In this document: one piece after another, positions 61,152 through 64,000 of the stretch
How the letters are laid out: every line of letters begins with the position of its first letter
Position numbering within the stretch: position 1 is the first letter of the stretch
From: Azolla caroliniana
Lineage: Eukaryota; Plantae; Polypodiophyta
NCBI GenBank assembly: GCA_043228905.1
Contig: JBHGNT010000010.1
Coordinates: forward strand, 17,422,001-17,486,000
Direction: 5' to 3'
DNA: 64,000 nucleotides
Notes under the pieces: model-generated
Told to the model about the DNA's origin: nothing
Seen by the model: the letters and a program-made list of their open reading frames with translations, nothing else
Database searches by the model: none
Position numbers and translations under genes: made by a program

Positions 61152-64000
61152 ATGGGGTACAACAGAAGAGGAGAAGAGGAGGAGGAGGAGGAAGAGGAAG
61201 AGGAGGAGGAGGAAGAAGAAGAAGAAGAGGAAGAGGAAGAGGAAGATGAGGAGGAAGAAAGGGGAAAGAGCAAGAAAAGGAAGTATACACGCTCGCAGTT
61301 CATTGATGATGTTGCTGAAGAAGATGATGAAGAAGATGAAGAAGAAGCTCCAAGGAAAAGGAAACATCGGCGAGGTTCAGAATTCATCGACGATATTGCT
61401 GCTGATGCTAGTGACGAAGAGGAAGAGGAAGAGGAAGGAGAAGAAGGTAAAATCTGATCTAGAGATTTAGATTTTTGTTAAATAGTGAAGGCAGAATTGT
61501 TTACTTAGCAAGGTAAATGGGCTTGGAAGTGTTTCTTTTGTTGAATAAATGAAGAAAGAAAATTGGTTGTTTAATTTGTTCTTAAAATTAGATATTTGTT
61601 TAGTAAAGAAAGATAAAATTTCGTAAGATTTAGGTGGTCAAATCTTCTCTGAGTTTCATTTTGTTTTGTTTAAGAAGGAACGTTTTTTATTTCATGAAGT
61701 TAAATGTACAGTGAAGGTTTAGGTTTTCTGTTTGAGAAACAAGGAAAATTGTCAGAAGTTAATTTTATTGAATTAAGCAGTGTTTTTCCTGTAGATGTCT
61801 ATCCCATTGCATGTTTTAAACTGATTGCTACTCTTGTTTAACCATATTATTCTTGTTAAACCGGATCCATTTACCCATATCATCTCTTGCTCGATTAAGG
61901 AAGAGAACTTTTGTTTCTTCACTAGATTATGTCAGTTTTACAATGATTTTCTCATATTTTTCTCTAGAAGATCATATCTCTTCAGCATGTTTTAAACTCA
62001 ATTATTTCTTCTTGTTTAACGACATTTTTCATGTAAATTGGATTCGCCTTTACACATGATATCTAGGTTGAATGAAGAGGGAAATTGTTAGTTCCTTGAC
62101 TAGATTGTACAAATTCGTCTCTTAGAAAATCTCGTTAGTTAAACAAAGTAGAGATGCTAATCTATTATCCTATGTTTAAGCATTCACATGTTCATGACTT
62201 CAGGTTGATAAAGACGGAAATTGTCGTTTTTCTGTTTTATCTACCATTCTTTTCGTTGACCTAAAAACGAATGAACACATGATTCTTAAAGTTGAGGAAA
62301 GGACATGTTCTGTATTCTATTTTTTCTAGATCTGGTATATCCTCATGCATGTCTAGTGACTGTATTATCTCCTCTGGTGGAAGGGCACAGAATTTATTTA
62401 GTTTTTTTGCTCAGTGAGCAAGGAAAAGAAATGTTTGTTTTGTTTCTGTTTTGTAGACACTCATCTTAGTGCTTGTTGTCTACTAGATTATGACAGTTAT
62501 TTAAGAATTCTCATGTGTACTGAAGACTGAATTCCTCAGTGATATGTGAAAAAGATATTGCGTGTAAGTTTGATTTCAGTTCAATTTTATGTTCATGAGT
62601 GCTAAAACTCTTGGATTTTTTATTTATATTGGAGTAGATTTCATACATGATGAGGGTGCTGATTTGCAAGAAGAGGAGGTTAGGCAGAGGATGCATCGCC
62701 GCCCTTTTTTGCCTAGTGATGAACAAGATGAGCAGGATGTTGCGGATCTGGAAAAATACATACACCAGCGATATGGTGCAAGGCAAGACTATTCTGAATA
62801 TGATGAAGAGACAACAGATGTTGAGCAGCAAGCATTGCTTCCATCTGTGAAGGATCCGAAGCTTTGGATGGTTACCTGTAAGGTACTATATAAACTCCTA
62901 TGATATTTTTTTGAGAGAAAGAAAGAGATCTAGTGATGTAATCTATGCTGATTTAATTTTCAAGTTTCTTCAAGGTATCATATAAACTCATATTCTTGTC
63001 TTTTGAGAAATAAATTTAATGTGTTAGTCCATGTAAGTTTGAGTCTGCTGATGTGCAAGGTAATTCCATGCCTTTTGTTTCTGAACGTTTTGTGGTGACG
63101 TGACTTGGATTATTGGTTTGATAACATTAAAGGTATTATGTGCTACTGTTTAGAGAACTTTAGTTTCTATTAGATATTATGTATTCAGTAGCCTTTAAGG
63201 ATATTGAATGGTTCACCTTTGCACAAGTTTATAATGATGTAATTTCATTCGCTATTGATTTTGATAACCTTCAAGGTATTATATGAATTTCCATGCTTCT
63301 GTTTTTGAGAAAGAAATGCATATATGATCAATTTTGGTATTGTCAAAGCTATAATCCATTCTTCTGCTTCGTTAAAATGTTAAGGAATGTAATCCATATT
63401 ATTCATTTCATTAACATCTGTAGTATACTGACATTTGGTTTGTGGCACATGTTTTTTTGAACATGATATTAAGTCTACTTCATGAGATATGTTAAGTATA
63501 GAGCTACCCAGGGCATGCAGATTTAGTTTCATGTTTAGCAAAAAACGAACAAATACCTTAGAGGTGATATCAAAATGATTGTTTGGAAATGGATATGTTT
63601 GACTTTACTTCCTTGCTTCCATGTTAAAAACAATTAGTGCTGTAATCCATATTACTGTTTTTAGTTTCATACCTTCTCTCTAAGTTGATAAATTGTTTCG
63701 CACAGCTTGGACATGAACGCGAAGCTGCAGTCTGCTTAATGCAAAAATTTCTGTCTATGCGATCTCAAGGTCAAGATCTACAGATAAGATCTGCTGTGGC
63801 TCTTGATCACCTGAAAGGATACCTATATGTTGAGGCTGAAAAAGAAGCGTATGTGAAGCAGGTGATTTTTCCTATCCTTGTTCCCTTCCTATTTTCCTTC
63901 GGAAAGACAAGGATCATGTCTAATCTGTTGAAATGTTTTATCTACAGGCTTGCAGGGGTCTACGAATGATATATTCAAATAAGGTTATGCTTGTTCCTAT
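61152..64000 (+). CDS. SPT5: Transcription elongation factor SPT5 (GTA2-like), 5' part; continues beyond the window
   Basis: Exons 61152-61446, 62638-62882, 63706-63861 and 63948->64000, all in phase with GT-AG introns. Acidic N-terminus with FIDDVAEED motifs, then [61 protein letters not shown] (NGN domain). Confidence 0.95.

Noticed and set aside
60745-61470. Poly-Ser, poly-Pro and RE-repeat ORFs around the SPT5 start
   Set aside because: Shadows of the (CT)n tract and the poly-Glu exon.

Overview
Eukaryotic land-plant nuclear DNA: AT-rich, with spliceosomal introns, plant Copia/Gypsy/L1/hAT elements and telo-boxes. A seed-free plant such as a fern is plausible but cannot be proven from this window. 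Three host genes can be reconstructed exon by exon. (1) A TsaA/TRMO-family tRNA m6t6A37 methyltransferase (minus, 6198-2323, 9 exons, one GC-AG intron). (2) An EMF2-like VEFS-box Polycomb PRC2 subunit (plus, 20667-41889, 20 coding exons) whose 7th coding-region intron is about 11.9 kb of nested TEs. (3) The 5' part of an SPT5/GTA2 elongation factor (plus, from 61152, running off the window). The rest is mostly transposon-derived: a very young Copia (44913-50307, TSD TTGTA) already inactivated by methylation-type C>T changes, older Copia and chromodomain-Gypsy remnants, solo LTRs, L1 3' fragments, a hAT remnant and MITEs with clean TSDs. The best unexplained structures are a 1.9-kb solo LTR with a perfect four-unit heat-shock element before its TATA box plus a 12x48-bp E/G-box array, an AT-hook-like motif and a duplicated poison splice acceptor in EMF2, a tandem repeat and an inverted LINE pair upstream of EMF2, and an orphan dehydrogenase gene fragment. 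All family calls come from remembered motifs; no database search was run. No prokaryotic-type system (CRISPR etc.) is supported.
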